DNA of 64,000 bases from an uncultured Verrucomicrobiae bacterium (lineage in GTDB: Bacteria; Verrucomicrobiota; Verrucomicrobiia; Limisphaerales; JAFGQR01): positions 342,907 to 406,906 of the forward strand of contig CAWBHS010000060.1 in assembly GCA_963788655.1 (NCBI GenBank), given 5' to 3'. Positions within the stretch are counted from its first letter, which is position 1, and each line of letters opens with the position of its first letter. The position numbers and the translations under genes are program-made. The notes below the pieces were generated by a model, which saw only the letters and a program-made list of their open reading frames with translations, ran no database searches and had not been told where the DNA came from. Positions 1 through 9,884 of this stretch are shown piece by piece.

Positions 1-1017
1 CTGCTCTCCGACGGGTATCGGGCGTTCGCTTACGACGACGAAAACCAACTGATCGAGGTGCTGGTGACCAACGCCTGGAAAAGCGAGTTTGCCTACGACG
101 GCAAGCTACGCCGGCGGGTGCGGAAGGAGTATGCCTGGCAAAAAGGCGCGTGGGTGCAGACCAACGAAGTGCGCTACGTGTACGACGGCAACCTGGTCAT
201 CCAGGAACGGGACGGCAACAACGCGCCCGTGACGACCTACACGCGCGGTCTGGACCTGAGCGGCACGCTGCAAGGGGCCGGCGGCATCGGCGGCCTCTTG
301 GCGATGACGCATCCGCTGCCGGGTCTGCCGCCGAACTATTACTACCGGGCGGACCTCAACGGGAACATCGTGACGATGATCAACACCAACGAGTTGATCG
401 TGGCCAAGTACCTCTACGAGCCGTTCGGAAAAGTGATCGCGATGAACGGACCCATGGCGAGCGTGAACCGGTACCGTTTCTCCAGCAAGGAAGCGCACGA
501 GCCGTCGGGATTGGTGTATTACGGCTACCGGTATTACGAGCCGTGGTTGCAACGGTGGCCAAACAGAGACCCCATCAACGAACCGGGGTTCAAACTGCTC
601 ACTCGTAGCGGTGGAACAATCAACTGGGATGAGGAGAGGAATCTTTACGCCTTTCTTCGGAACAATTCCGTAAACAACGTTGATCCCTTGGGGCAATCTG
701 TTCTCGCACCAGTGGCAGGTTGGATTGGGACTGACTGTGCAGTTCCTGATCCAACCGATGCTGCGTGGCCGAAGTGGGCCGTGTATGGCATCGCCATCTG
801 TGCCGCAGCCGCAATCGACGCTTGTTTCACAACGCGCACCTATACCTGTCGGGTTTTTTGCCCCTTATTGCGACAGGTGGAAACAACAACGCTGAAGTGG
901 GAACAGTGCAGGCCACCGGAACAGGAAAACCTATGCTGAAGCTTGTCGAAACGCTGAAAGGGCTGCGCGGAACGCAGCTCCTCAGGAACACGAACGAAGC
1001 ATTGTCAATGGAGGTAA
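1..1017 (+). CDS. Rhs/YD-repeat polymorphic toxin, 3' part (starts before the window; toxin tip apparently frameshifted)
   Basis: The frame is open from base 1 (LLSDGYRAFAYDDENQL). It contains the Rhs core motifs YVYDGNLVIQERD, YYGYRYYEPWLQRWPNRDPI and NLYAF...NNVDPLG. The ORF track stops at 939, but correcting three homopolymer indels extends it to TAA at 1015-1017. Confidence 0.9.
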
Positions 1018-1020
1018 TAG

Positions 1021-1394
1021 ATGTCTAATGCATCCGTCGGCAGCAGCTTTGTTCGCACGAGAATATCGCGTGTGTGAAACTGTGTTTCTTGCACCGCTAA
1101 GAGTTGGGGAGTCGCACGCCCATTTTGAATTGAAGATTGAGGTCTATCGAGACGGTTTCCGGGTTGTTCTCGGCAGCAGTGTTCGCTCTGGAGTTTTTCA
1201 ATTTAGAGAATACGCCAGTGCCGCCCGTCAGCAACCAAGCCTCGATCAAGGGCGTTGTTCCGCTCTATGTCCTCGATGAGTTCTATGACACAACGACGAT
1301 CAGTGCTCGCTCGCAAGCGGAAGCATTACAAGCAGCCTTCCAGGTCATTCACGAAAAATTAACCCAGGCTGGCTGCGAGATTGAAGTGCTCTAG
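1021..1394 (+). CDS. Putative Rhs immunity protein (split by frameshifts)
   Basis: ATG at 1021 follows a GGAGG RBS directly after the toxin tip. ORFs 1028..1279 and 1137..1394 join into one ~120 aa protein (ETVFLAPLRV..FELKIEVYR..GLFSAAVFALEFFNL..SARSQAEALQAAF). GC is lower than in the Rhs core. Confidence 0.6.
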
Positions 1395-1966
1395 CCGCAG
1401 GGGCTTTGCCAATTCTGTTACAAAACCGATAAGTGAGCGGGCTGTCCCGCACAAACGGTGAGAAGGAATCTAGCGCGCCTCAGGCCGGCGCGATAGAAGG
1501 TCGGCCACCCGCGCCTGCCGCACAGCCCTCGCGCTCCCTCCTGCCGCTGCGGGTGCGGCATCCGGGCCACACCCTGCGCCCCCTTGCCCCCGCAGCGTGT
1601 GTCCCGGCTGCCGCTCCGCTACGTCGGTCGGCCAGGGCTGCTAGCGGCCCGCCGCCCCGAAAGACACCCCCGGCGGGCGCTCCGTGTCACGCTGGCTGCT
1701 AAAGGCAAAGGCAGCCTTCGCGCCACTCCGCGCAGGTGGCTGCACCAACGGCGGGCCAACCGGAATAGTGGCGCTCGCCGACTCGCGCCAGAGCTTCGCC
1801 AGTTCGGGCGTCGCGGTTGCAATCGTGGCGTCCTGGGTGTTCTGCGCGTTCCGGCCCTGCGTTCGCGAGTGAGCGCTCGCAACAGAATCGAATGCGCTGT
1901 CGATAAAGTGACAGGTTCAAAGTTGTTGACATGTTTTGCACCCTGATGCCAACCTCCCGCCACTCT

Positions 1967-2935
1967 ATGAGAATGGCACGGATCAAGATTCAAGGGCGCA
2001 GTGCGGTGTATCACTGCATGTCGCGGATTGTCGGGGGACAGGCTTTGTTGGATGACGTGGGGAAGGAGAAGTTGGTGGCCATCCTCGGGCAATTGGCTGC
2101 GTTTTGCGGCCTTGAAGTCATCACCTACTGCATGATGTCCAATCACTTTCATGTTCTCGTTCGCGTTCCGGAACAACAGAATCCCTCCGACCAGCAACTG
2201 ATCGAGCGCATGGAAGCCTTGTACAGCAAGAAAAGCGCCCTGGTGCAATTAGCCCGCAACACTTTGGTGCAGCACGGCCGGATCGATCACGATATTCGGC
2301 AATCCATGGTGGAGCGAATGGGGGATGTTTCCGCGTTCATGAAGGAACTCAAGCAGCGGTTCAGCCGTTGGTACAACCGACAATCGGGGCGCTTTGGCAC
2401 GCTCTGGGCCGAGCGGTTCAAGAGTGTATTGGTGGAGGATCAACCGGGAGCGGTTGAAACCCTCGCCGCGTACATTGATCTGAATCCAGTGCGCGCCGGT
2501 TTGGTGGACGATCCCAAAGAGTATCGTTTCTGTGGCTACGCTGCGGCGTTGGCCGGCAACAAAGCGGCCCGAGCGGGATTGCTAAGCTTCCAAAAGAGCA
2601 TCGACTGGAAGACCGGCGCTGCTGAATATCGAAAACGCTTGTTCGTGGGAGCGGGAGTCGCCGGAAGAAGCGATAAATTGGTTCTGGATCGCGAGCAGAT
2701 CAAACGCGTGTTGTCTCAAGGCGGTGAGCTGAGCCAGGCACAAATCCTGCGTTTGCGCCTCCGACATTTAACCGATGGAATTGTGCTGGGTTCGAAGGCC
2801 TTCGTGAACGAAATCTTTGCGTTGCACCGCGACAAATTCGGCGCCAAGCGACAATCGGGAGCCCGGCCGATTCGCGGCGTGCCGTTGCGGGAGCTGAGCG
2901 TTTTGCGGGATTTGCGCGTCTCCGCCGTTAGCTAA
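1967..2935 (+). CDS. Y1 HUH transposase, REP-associated tyrosine transposase (RAYT)-like
   Basis: Motifs YHCMSRIVG, HUH motif MSNHFHVLV, GTLWAERFKS and YIDLNPVRAGLV. TTGACA lies upstream at ~1926. Confidence 0.9.
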   Translation: MRMARIKIQGRSAVYHCMSRIVGGQALLDDVGKEKLVAILGQLAAFCGLEVITYCMMSNHFHVLVRVPEQQNPSDQQLIERMEALYSKKSALVQLARNTLVQHGRIDHDIRQSMVERMGDVSAFMKELKQRFSRWYNRQSGRFGTLWAERFKSVLVEDQPGAVETLAAYIDLNPVRAGLVDDPKEYRFCGYAAALAGNKAARAGLLSFQKSIDWKTGAAEYRKRLFVGAGVAGRSDKLVLDREQIKRVLSQGGELSQAQILRLRLRHLTDGIVLGSKAFVNEIFALHRDKFGAKRQSGARPIRGVPLRELSVLRDLRVSAVS

Positions 2936-2983
2936 GAGTTTACTGGGACCTTCCGTTTGAATCTTCGTTGCCTTTTTGAACCA

Positions 2984-4961
2984 GTAGAGTAGAGAGGAAA
3001 GCACGGAATGAAAGGCCCGAAAACCAATGACCGCCGCTTCCCTCTCCCTCGTCGAACCGGACATGGAGATTTCCCCCATCCGGCTCTCGCCAGTGTCGGC
3101 TCTTCCACAAAGCATTCACAACGCAACCAGTCCCAGATGGTCCAAGTGAGCATACAGGCTGACGCCCTCACGGGCTCGCCAACCCCGTTGGCTGCGACGT
3201 TGCAGATGCCGTCCCAACCGATACCGCACGAAGTGATTGAGCTGACGAAATGCCTTCCGCGGATAGCCCAACTTGAAGTAGTTGGACCAACCCCGCAGGT
3301 GACGGTTCACCCGTCCAATCAACTCCGGCATGGGCGTATGACTCTGATGCGGGTTGATCAACCCTCGCAACGCTTTCCGTTCCCGATCCATCGTTTTGCG
3401 CGACGGTTCCAGGTTCCAGTAACGCTGCGGCCGACCGTATTGATCGCGGTCATACCGAAAGGTGTAGCCCAGGAAATCCAGGCTCTGGCCCGATTGCTTC
3501 AAATCCACGATCCGAGTTTTATCCCGGTTGATTTGCAGGTCCAGCCAGCCTTCCAGTTTGCCCTCGATCCATTCCCGCAACTTCGGACTGATGTAGCGAG
3601 CCATGACCACGAAGTCGTCCGCGTAACGGATCAGCTTCGCTTTGGCCCATTGCGCCGGTCCATCTCCTCGTTGGAAGAGGTGGTCGAACCAGTGCAAATA
3701 GACATTGGCCAGCAAAGGCGAAAGCACTCCACCTTGGGGGGTGCCCCGGTCGTTGCGTCGCACCGTGGGTGGTTGTCCCCCTGGGGGCGGTTCCACCACC
3801 GGCGCCTTGAGCCATTGTCGGATCAGTCCCAGGACCGAACCGTCCACCACGCGCATCCGCACGCAAGCGATCAGCTTATCGTGGGGAATGCTGTCGAAGT
3901 AGCCAGCCAAATCCGCATCATACACCGCCGTTTGACCCTCCTTCAGGTGCTGTTGGATGGCGCGCAAGGCATCGTGCGCCGATCGTCCGGGCCGAAACCC
4001 GTGGGAGCAGTCTTCAAAGTCGGCTTCGAAGATCGGCTCCAGGATCAGCAACACCGCCGCTTGCACCACCCGGTCCCGCACCGTCGGAATGCCCAACGGC
4101 CGCAACTTGCCGTTGGCCTTCGAGATATACACCCGCCGCACCGCTTGGGCACGATAGGTTTTGTCCCTCAGGCTCCGTTCGATCTCGGACAGAAATGCCG
4201 CTTCGCTTTCCGGCGTCGTGGTGATCTGTTCGATGCTCACTCCGTCCACGCCCGGCGCACCGTCGTTGCGCCGCACCGCGGCCCAAGCCGCTTGCAGCAC
4301 GTCGGTTCGATACACCAAAGCGTAGAGACTGTAGAAGCGAAACCGCTTCTGTTGTTTGGCTTTCTGGCCCAGCTTCTGTCTCAGTTCCCGCAGGCTCGGC
4401 GGCAGGATCGCTTCCCGGAAGGAAAGTTCCTCCACCGCTTCTTCTGTTGTAGGAATGAACTCCATCCCAATCAGCTCCGGATTCCTCTGACTCGGCTTGA
4501 CTCTGGCCAGGGCTCCTTGGCTCCCTGCCAACTTGATCGGCAGATCGACGCTACTATGAGCCCATCCGACGCCGCGATTCGGCCCCACCAGCGGTTATGG
4601 CTTCCCGCCAGGGGTTGTCCTGCGTTACAGGCCAGGACTCCGAACCGGGCCTCCCAAGTTCCCAGTGGTTCTTTCTGCGCGCGCTGTCTCCTCTCACCCC
4701 GGGGAGTCCGGTCGGTGCATGGGATCGAATCTTCCCGACCGATGCGGGCTTCACCACATCCGGCAGGCTGGCCACTCCCAGTTTTGTGTAACGAGGCCGA
4801 ACCGAGTTCGCGGAACGCTACGGCTCGCGCATTGGCCTTCCCCAGCTTCAACGGGCAGGATCGCTCCCACCCGCTTAAGGGTCGGCTACATGACTCTCGA
4901 CCATTTATCATGGTTAACACGTTGCAGTTAACAAGAACCACCAAGCTTGCTTGGCGCTTTC
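2984..4961 (-). mobile_element. Group II intron (ribozyme plus RT/maturase)
   Basis: On the minus strand, domain V GAGCCGGATGGGGGAAATCTCCATGTCCGGTTC (~3075-3107) is followed by a domain VI hairpin and the 3' end CTACTCTAC (2984). The 5' end reads GAAAGCGCCAAGC (4961). It encloses an RT ORF. Confidence 0.92.
3116..4465 (-). CDS. ltrA: Group II intron reverse transcriptase/maturase, no C-terminal endonuclease domain
   Basis: Motifs [39 protein letters not shown] and RYADD, then maturase X domain LRGWSNYF. The protein ends without an HNH domain. The start at MEFIPT is inferred. Confidence 0.95.
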   Translation of the reverse strand: MEFIPTTEEAVEELSFREAILPPSLRELRQKLGQKAKQQKRFRFYSLYALVYRTDVLQAAWAAVRRNDGAPGVDGVSIEQITTTPESEAAFLSEIERSLRDKTYRAQAVRRVYISKANGKLRPLGIPTVRDRVVQAAVLLILEPIFEADFEDCSHGFRPGRSAHDALRAIQQHLKEGQTAVYDADLAGYFDSIPHDKLIACVRMRVVDGSVLGLIRQWLKAPVVEPPPGGQPPTVRRNDRGTPQGGVLSPLLANVYLHWFDHLFQRGDGPAQWAKAKLIRYADDFVVMARYISPKLREWIEGKLEGWLDLQINRDKTRIVDLKQSGQSLDFLGYTFRYDRDQYGRPQRYWNLEPSRKTMDRERKALRGLINPHQSHTPMPELIGRVNRHLRGWSNYFKLGYPRKAFRQLNHFVRYRLGRHLQRRSQRGWRAREGVSLYAHLDHLGLVAL

Positions 4962-5052
4962 CGAATTGACACTAATTAATGGGATTTCCCAACCGGTGTC
5001 AAAACGCTACTCGGTACCTTGAATTCGTGGTAATTCGTGTAATTAGTGTCTT
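4962..5052. repeat. REP-like palindrome built from (A/C)CAC(G/T)AATT units; intron target
   Basis: gaattgacactaatt (4963-4977) is inverted relative to gaattcgtggtaattcgtgtaattagtgtc (5021-5050). Confidence 0.7.
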
Positions 5053-5110
5053 CACCTTCGTGTCTCAACTCTGCCTTTGCTTCCTGGCGGGAGCCTGCTA
5101 GACATTTCCC

Positions 5111-6478
5111 ATGCAAGCCGTCCTTGATTACCTGAAACAAAACGAGGCCCGATTCGTCCAGGAACTTTGCGAGTATGTGCGGTTTCCCAGCGTGTCCGCG
5201 CAACCGCAGCATCAGAAAGACATGGCCGCCTGCGCCCGCTGGCTGGTACAGCACTGCACTCGGATAGGATTGAAAGCCCGCCTGCAGCCGACTGCGGGAC
5301 ATCCCATCGTGATTGCCAAAACGCCCCGCGCCCGTTCGGCATCGCGTCCGCATTTCCTCGTTTATGGGCATTACGACGTGCAACCGCCGGAGCCGTTTGA
5401 GTTGTGGAAGACTCCGCCATTCGAACCGACCGTGGTGGGCCGCTCGCTTTTCGGCCGTGGCGCCAGCGACAACAAAGGCCAGCACCTGGCCCACTTGAAC
5501 GCCGTCGAAGCGCATCTGCAAACTGGCACTGAGCTGCCCTGCGATCTGACGTTTGTCATCGAGGGCGAAGAAGAAGTCGGCAGCAGTCACCTGGCGGATT
5601 TCTTGCGCCACAATCGAAAGGAGCTGAGTTGCGAAGCCGTGATCATCTCCGACAACGGCATTCCCAGCCGGAAATATCCGGCGTTGACCTACGGGCTGCG
5701 TGGGATCGCTGCCCTGGAAATCGAACTGCGCGGTCCGTCGCGTGATCTGCACTCCGGTATTTTCGGCGGCACGGTGGACAATCCGGCGATGGCGTTGTGT
5801 CAATTGCTGGCCCAGTTGCGCGACCAGAACGGGCGCATAGCCGTCCCCGGCTTTTATGACGACGTCAATCCGCTGGTGGCTTACGAGCGCAAACAGTTCG
5901 CCCGCCTGCCCCATAACGATGCGGCCTACCGCAAGTTCCTCGGCGTGCCGAAGTTGTTCGGCGAACGTGGCTACACCGCCATCGAGCAACGTTCGGCCCG
6001 ACCCACCATTGAGATCAATGGTTTGACGAGCGGCTACCAGGGCGAGGGCAGCAAGACCATCGTGCCCGCGTGGGCCCGGGCCAAACTGACGTTCCGCCTT
6101 GTCCCGAACCAGAAGCCGGACAAAATCCTCCGGTTGGTGCGCCAGCACTTGAAGCGGATTTGTCCCCCAACGGTGCGGATGTCGCTGCAATCAGGCCACG
6201 GCGGCGATCCGTATTTGGTGTCACCGACCAGTCCACATTCGCAGGCGGCGCTGCGGGCGTTGAAGTTTGCTTTCGGCTGCGAGCCAGTGCTGATGCGCGA
6301 AGGCGGTTCCATTCCCATCGTCAACGATTTCAAGCGCATCCTGGGCGCCGACACCTTGTTGCTCGGAATGGCCTTGCCCGATGACAATGCCCACTCGCCC
6401 AATGAAAAATTCGACCTCGATTGCTTCGCGTGTGGGATGCGGTTGGGGGCATGTTTGTGGGAGGAAATGGGGCGGTGA
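5111..6478 (+). CDS. M20/M25/M40 family dipeptidase (ArgE/DapE-like)
   Basis: Motifs YGHYDVQP, GRGASDNKG, EGEEEVGS, DLHSG and NAHSPNE. Confidence 0.93.
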   Translation: MQAVLDYLKQNEARFVQELCEYVRFPSVSAQPQHQKDMAACARWLVQHCTRIGLKARLQPTAGHPIVIAKTPRARSASRPHFLVYGHYDVQPPEPFELWKTPPFEPTVVGRSLFGRGASDNKGQHLAHLNAVEAHLQTGTELPCDLTFVIEGEEEVGSSHLADFLRHNRKELSCEAVIISDNGIPSRKYPALTYGLRGIAALEIELRGPSRDLHSGIFGGTVDNPAMALCQLLAQLRDQNGRIAVPGFYDDVNPLVAYERKQFARLPHNDAAYRKFLGVPKLFGERGYTAIEQRSARPTIEINGLTSGYQGEGSKTIVPAWARAKLTFRLVPNQKPDKILRLVRQHLKRICPPTVRMSLQSGHGGDPYLVSPTSPHSQAALRALKFAFGCEPVLMREGGSIPIVNDFKRILGADTLLLGMALPDDNAHSPNEKFDLDCFACGMRLGACLWEEMGR

Positions 6479-6690
6479 AGGGTTGAAGCGTTGAAGAGTT
6501 TAAGTGGGTGGACCGCCTGGTGTTAATCGCGAGGCATGGGGAGGACAGGCGCCTCGCCTGTCAACCGGTGCGCCTCGCACCGGCAGTGTTTGGAGGACGG
6601 CTCTCGATTCATTTAGCGCCCGGCGACATTCGAGTCAACGGCGGGGCGCCGTTGACAGCGCCCGGGGCGGGCGCGCTCCCCGGAAGCGAC
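6477..6690. repeat. Intergenic REP-like repeats between convergent genes
   Basis: gaagggttgaagcgttga recurs at ~14275. There is a hairpin ggacaggcgcctcgcctgtc. The segment gcgcccggggcgggcgcgctccc is the reverse complement of the motif at ~22527 and ~26817. Confidence 0.6.
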
Positions 6691-6696
6691 GAACCT

Positions 6697-7272
6697 TCAC
6701 CGCAATTCCCAGTTGGCGAGTTCTTCTTTGAGCCGTTCCATCGGCAAGCCGACCACGTTGGTGTAAGAGCCGTGAATGTTTTTCACGATTTCATCGCCTT
6801 CTTCCTGGATGCCATACGCCCCGGCTTTGTCGAGCGGGTTTACTTTGGCGAGATACCGGCGGATTTGATCCAGGTGCAAATGGCGGAAGGTGACCGTGGT
6901 GCTGACGGCGAACAGTTGCTGGCGATGTTTCCGCAAGTAAATGAGGCAAACGCCGGTGACAACTTCATGGGTGCGCCCCTGGAGTTTGGTTAGCATCTGC
7001 TGCGCCTCGTCCAGGTTTTTTGGTTTACCGAAGATCGTGCGGCCCAGGCAAACAATCGTGTCCGCGGCCAGCACCAGGGCATCCGGATGCTTTTTGGCGA
7101 CGGCCCGGCCTTTCCGGTAGGCGTTGATTTGAGCGGTTTCGTGCGGGGTGAGGTGCTCGGGTTGGACCTCTGTGACGCGCGTGGACAGCGTGGCAAACTC
7201 GAAGCCTGCCTCCCGCAACAAGTCCACCCTCCGGGGCGAAGCCGAAGCCAGCATTAATGGAGGCAAGTTCAT
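6697..7272 (-). CDS. maf: Maf family nucleotide pyrophosphatase
   Basis: Motifs LASASPRR, LAADTIV, FGKP, DKAGAYGIQ and YTNVVGLP. Confidence 0.95.
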   Translation of the reverse strand: MNLPPLMLASASPRRVDLLREAGFEFATLSTRVTEVQPEHLTPHETAQINAYRKGRAVAKKHPDALVLAADTIVCLGRTIFGKPKNLDEAQQMLTKLQGRTHEVVTGVCLIYLRKHRQQLFAVSTTVTFRHLHLDQIRRYLAKVNPLDKAGAYGIQEEGDEIVKNIHGSYTNVVGLPMERLKEELANWELR

Positions 7273-7558
7273 AACTGATTCCTTTTGGCCGGTGCCGCTG
7301 GTTTCATTTCGAGTCCGTTCGTTTGCATCCGTCATCAATTGTCAGTTCACGACTCCGCTGCCACCACCGTCACTTGCTGAATCAAAGGCTACCAGAAAGC
7401 GGGCGGGAAGTCGAGCCGCGCCCGCGGTTGCGCTCAAAGCTTGCCAGTGGGAGCCGCTTTGTTTAATTTCCGCGGCATTAATCATGTGGCGTGATGCAAC
7501 ACCAGAACTCTTTTGTCCGTTTTCCGGTTAAATCCTGAACCTCAATACCCTTCTTACC

Positions 7559-9103
7559 ATGAATACCGAAATGCGCGTGCGGTTGTCCCTGATGATGTTT
7601 CTGGAATACTTCATTTGGAGTGCCTGGTACGTCACCATGGGCCCTTACCTTGGCGGCACTCTCAATTTCAGCGGCACAGAAATCGGCTATGCCTACAGCG
7701 CCACCGCGCTGGCGGCGATGATCTCCCCGTTCTTTGTGGGCATGATTGCCGACCGGTTCTTTGCCACCGAAAAAGTGCTGGCGGTGCTGCACATTCTGGG
7801 CGGACTGCTGATCTTCGGGGCCGCCCAGGCCAAGACCTTTGGCGTCTTTTTCCCGTTCCTGATCGCCCATACCCTTTGTTACATGCCCACGCTGGCGTTG
7901 ACCAATTCGATCTCGTTCAACCAGATGACCAATACCGGCAAGGAGTTTCCCAGCATTCGCGTCCTGGGCACGATCAGTTGGATTTGCGCCGGCTTGACAG
8001 TTGGCCTGTTGGGCAACAAGGCCATCACTACGCCGATGCCATTCGTGATCGCCGCCGGGGTGTCCATTCTGATGGGCCTATACTGTTTAACCCTGCCCCA
8101 CACGCCGCCAAAAGCCACGGGCCGGGTCACCGCCCGCGATGTGCTCGGATTGGATACGTTGCAGTTGATGCGGGAACGCTCGTTCGCCATCTTCATCGTC
8201 AGCGCGTTTTTGATCTGCATTCCGCTCACGTTTTACTTCAGTTTCACACCGTCCTTCCTTGGCGACCAGAACGTGAGTAACATTCCCGGCAAGATGACCC
8301 TGGGGCAGGCTTCGGAAATCTTCTTCATGCTGGTGATGCCGTTCTTCTTTGCGCGCCTCGGCGTCAAATGGATGCTGATCGTCGGCATGCTCTCCTGGAG
8401 CGTGCGGTACACCCTGTTCATTCTGGGTTATAACGGCGCGCTGGTCTGGCCGTTGTATTTGGGCATCGTCCTGCACGGCGTGTGTTACGACTTCTTCTTT
8501 GTCACGGCCTATATTTATGTCGATCAGAAAGCCAGCGAAGCCATGCGCGCCAAGGCGCAGGGATTTATCGCGTTTGTCACGCTGGGCGCCGGCATGTTCG
8601 TGGGCGCCACGCTTTCCGGGTGGGTGGTGAATGCCTACAGCTTTCCGAACGTCACGCCAGACAAATACAAGACCGTGACCGACTCTGCCGAATGGACCGC
8701 CGGCAATTTCGCGAAATGGGAGGCCGCGAACCAACCGGTTTTGGGTCAGGTGGTCTATCTGGTGGCCCCGACCAACACGGCGAACACGGTTTGGGTGGCC
8801 CGGTCAAACGGCAAGCTCGAAGTAACCCTCGAAAAACCCGATACCACCCAGGCGGCGGAAGTGGACCTGAAGAAACTACTGTCCTTCCCCGAGCGACCCG
8901 CGGCTATTGTGGAGGCTTACCAGCAAGAAGGAGGAGTGTTTAAGCCGGCCGAGCAATTCGCGGGCAAACCCCTGACCGCCTTGAGCAAGCCCATGCCTTG
9001 GTGGAACTCCATTTGGATGATCCCGGCGATTGGCGCTTTTATCATCATGGTGTTGTTTGGCCTCTTCTTCCAATACCAGCATGTAAAACCAAATGCAGCT
9101 TAA
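7559..9103 (+). CDS. MFS nucleoside:H+ symporter (NupG/XapB family) with an extra soluble insert
   Basis: Motifs RLSLMMFLEYFIW, IADRFF, FPSIRVLGTISW, GQASEIFFML and LHGVCYDFFFV. Confidence 0.9.
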   Translation: MNTEMRVRLSLMMFLEYFIWSAWYVTMGPYLGGTLNFSGTEIGYAYSATALAAMISPFFVGMIADRFFATEKVLAVLHILGGLLIFGAAQAKTFGVFFPFLIAHTLCYMPTLALTNSISFNQMTNTGKEFPSIRVLGTISWICAGLTVGLLGNKAITTPMPFVIAAGVSILMGLYCLTLPHTPPKATGRVTARDVLGLDTLQLMRERSFAIFIVSAFLICIPLTFYFSFTPSFLGDQNVSNIPGKMTLGQASEIFFMLVMPFFFARLGVKWMLIVGMLSWSVRYTLFILGYNGALVWPLYLGIVLHGVCYDFFFVTAYIYVDQKASEAMRAKAQGFIAFVTLGAGMFVGATLSGWVVNAYSFPNVTPDKYKTVTDSAEWTAGNFAKWEAANQPVLGQVVYLVAPTNTANTVWVARSNGKLEVTLEKPDTTQAAEVDLKKLLSFPERPAAIVEAYQQEGGVFKPAEQFAGKPLTALSKPMPWWNSIWMIPAIGAFIIMVLFGLFFQYQHVKPNAA

Positions 9104-9162
9104 CTGTTCCGCCCGCAGCCCCGGATTGTCCCGGCGCTCGTTCTTGTCCGGGGGCTGATGGC

Positions 9163-9663
9163 TCAATTTGATCGCCGAAATTTCAGCCACAACCAACCAG
9201 TCAACAGTAGCATCAGCAGCGTATAGCCGCCGATGGCCACCCAAGACCACCCAGCCAGCCGGGGTTGTGCGTGCAGGTTCGCTTGCAGGGTCATCTGCAT
9301 GATCACGAACATCAAGGCGGTCGTCAGATGGCCGAGAACCAACAGGAACTCCCGGATGACTTCGTCGGTGTACGGGCGCATGGCGGGCGACAGCCAATAA
9401 TCCTTGTGCGGCAAATTGATCAACGACGTGGGCATGACAGGCACCAGCAGGTACAGACCGGGAAACAGGGCGGTCGGAAGCAAAACCGCAAGCGCATAAA
9501 CCCACAGGAACGCGCCTTTGGACGACCAACCATCCGCATTGCCCTGGGCGTTGAAGTGAGTAGCCACACGTTCGGGTAATTGCGGATAGCACACGGCGAT
9601 TTGGACAATAAAGGCGATCATCCAAAGCCCAAATGCCGCCAGAATCCAGTTGGAACGTTTCAT
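9163..9663 (-). CDS. DUF1648/SdpI-like membrane protein
   Basis: Motifs YPQLPERVATHFNAQGNADGW and INLPHKDYW, with four hydrophobic segments. Confidence 0.8.
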   Translation of the reverse strand: MKRSNWILAAFGLWMIAFIVQIAVCYPQLPERVATHFNAQGNADGWSSKGAFLWVYALAVLLPTALFPGLYLLVPVMPTSLINLPHKDYWLSPAMRPYTDEVIREFLLVLGHLTTALMFVIMQMTLQANLHAQPRLAGWSWVAIGGYTLLMLLLTGWLWLKFRRSN

Positions 9664-9672
9664 TGCGACCGC

Positions 9673-9876
9673 TCAGGAGTTCGTGTTGTCTGAATCTATC
9701 GCAGAATTGGCGGAATCATCATTCAAATTGGCATTCCGTTTCCGTTTCAAGACCGCCTGCTTGAGCACATACTCAATCTGGCCATTGACACTGCGGAGTT
9801 CGTCCTGCGCCCAGGCCTCGAGTTCGGCCCAGAGCGCCGGATCCATCCGCAACAGAAACGATTTGCGCTCCGCCAT
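9673..9876 (-). CDS. Arc-like ribbon-helix-helix DNA-binding protein
   Basis: [38 protein letters not shown]; this gene is a typical partner of SPFH genes. Confidence 0.85.
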   Translation of the reverse strand: MAERKSFLLRMDPALWAELEAWAQDELRSVNGQIEYVLKQAVLKRKRNANLNDDSANSAIDSDNTNS

Positions 9877-9884
9877 GAGCTGCT

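Noticed and set aside
3008..4969. 653-aa plus-strand ORF spanning the intron
   Set aside because: It is the antisense shadow of the RT gene, common in GC-rich group II introns, and has no recognisable motifs.
4976..6190. 404-aa minus ORF and similar long antisense ORFs (e.g. 30127..31053, 41110..41994, 56655..57653, 58601..59569)
   Set aside because: They lie opposite well-supported genes and are explained by GC-rich codon bias.
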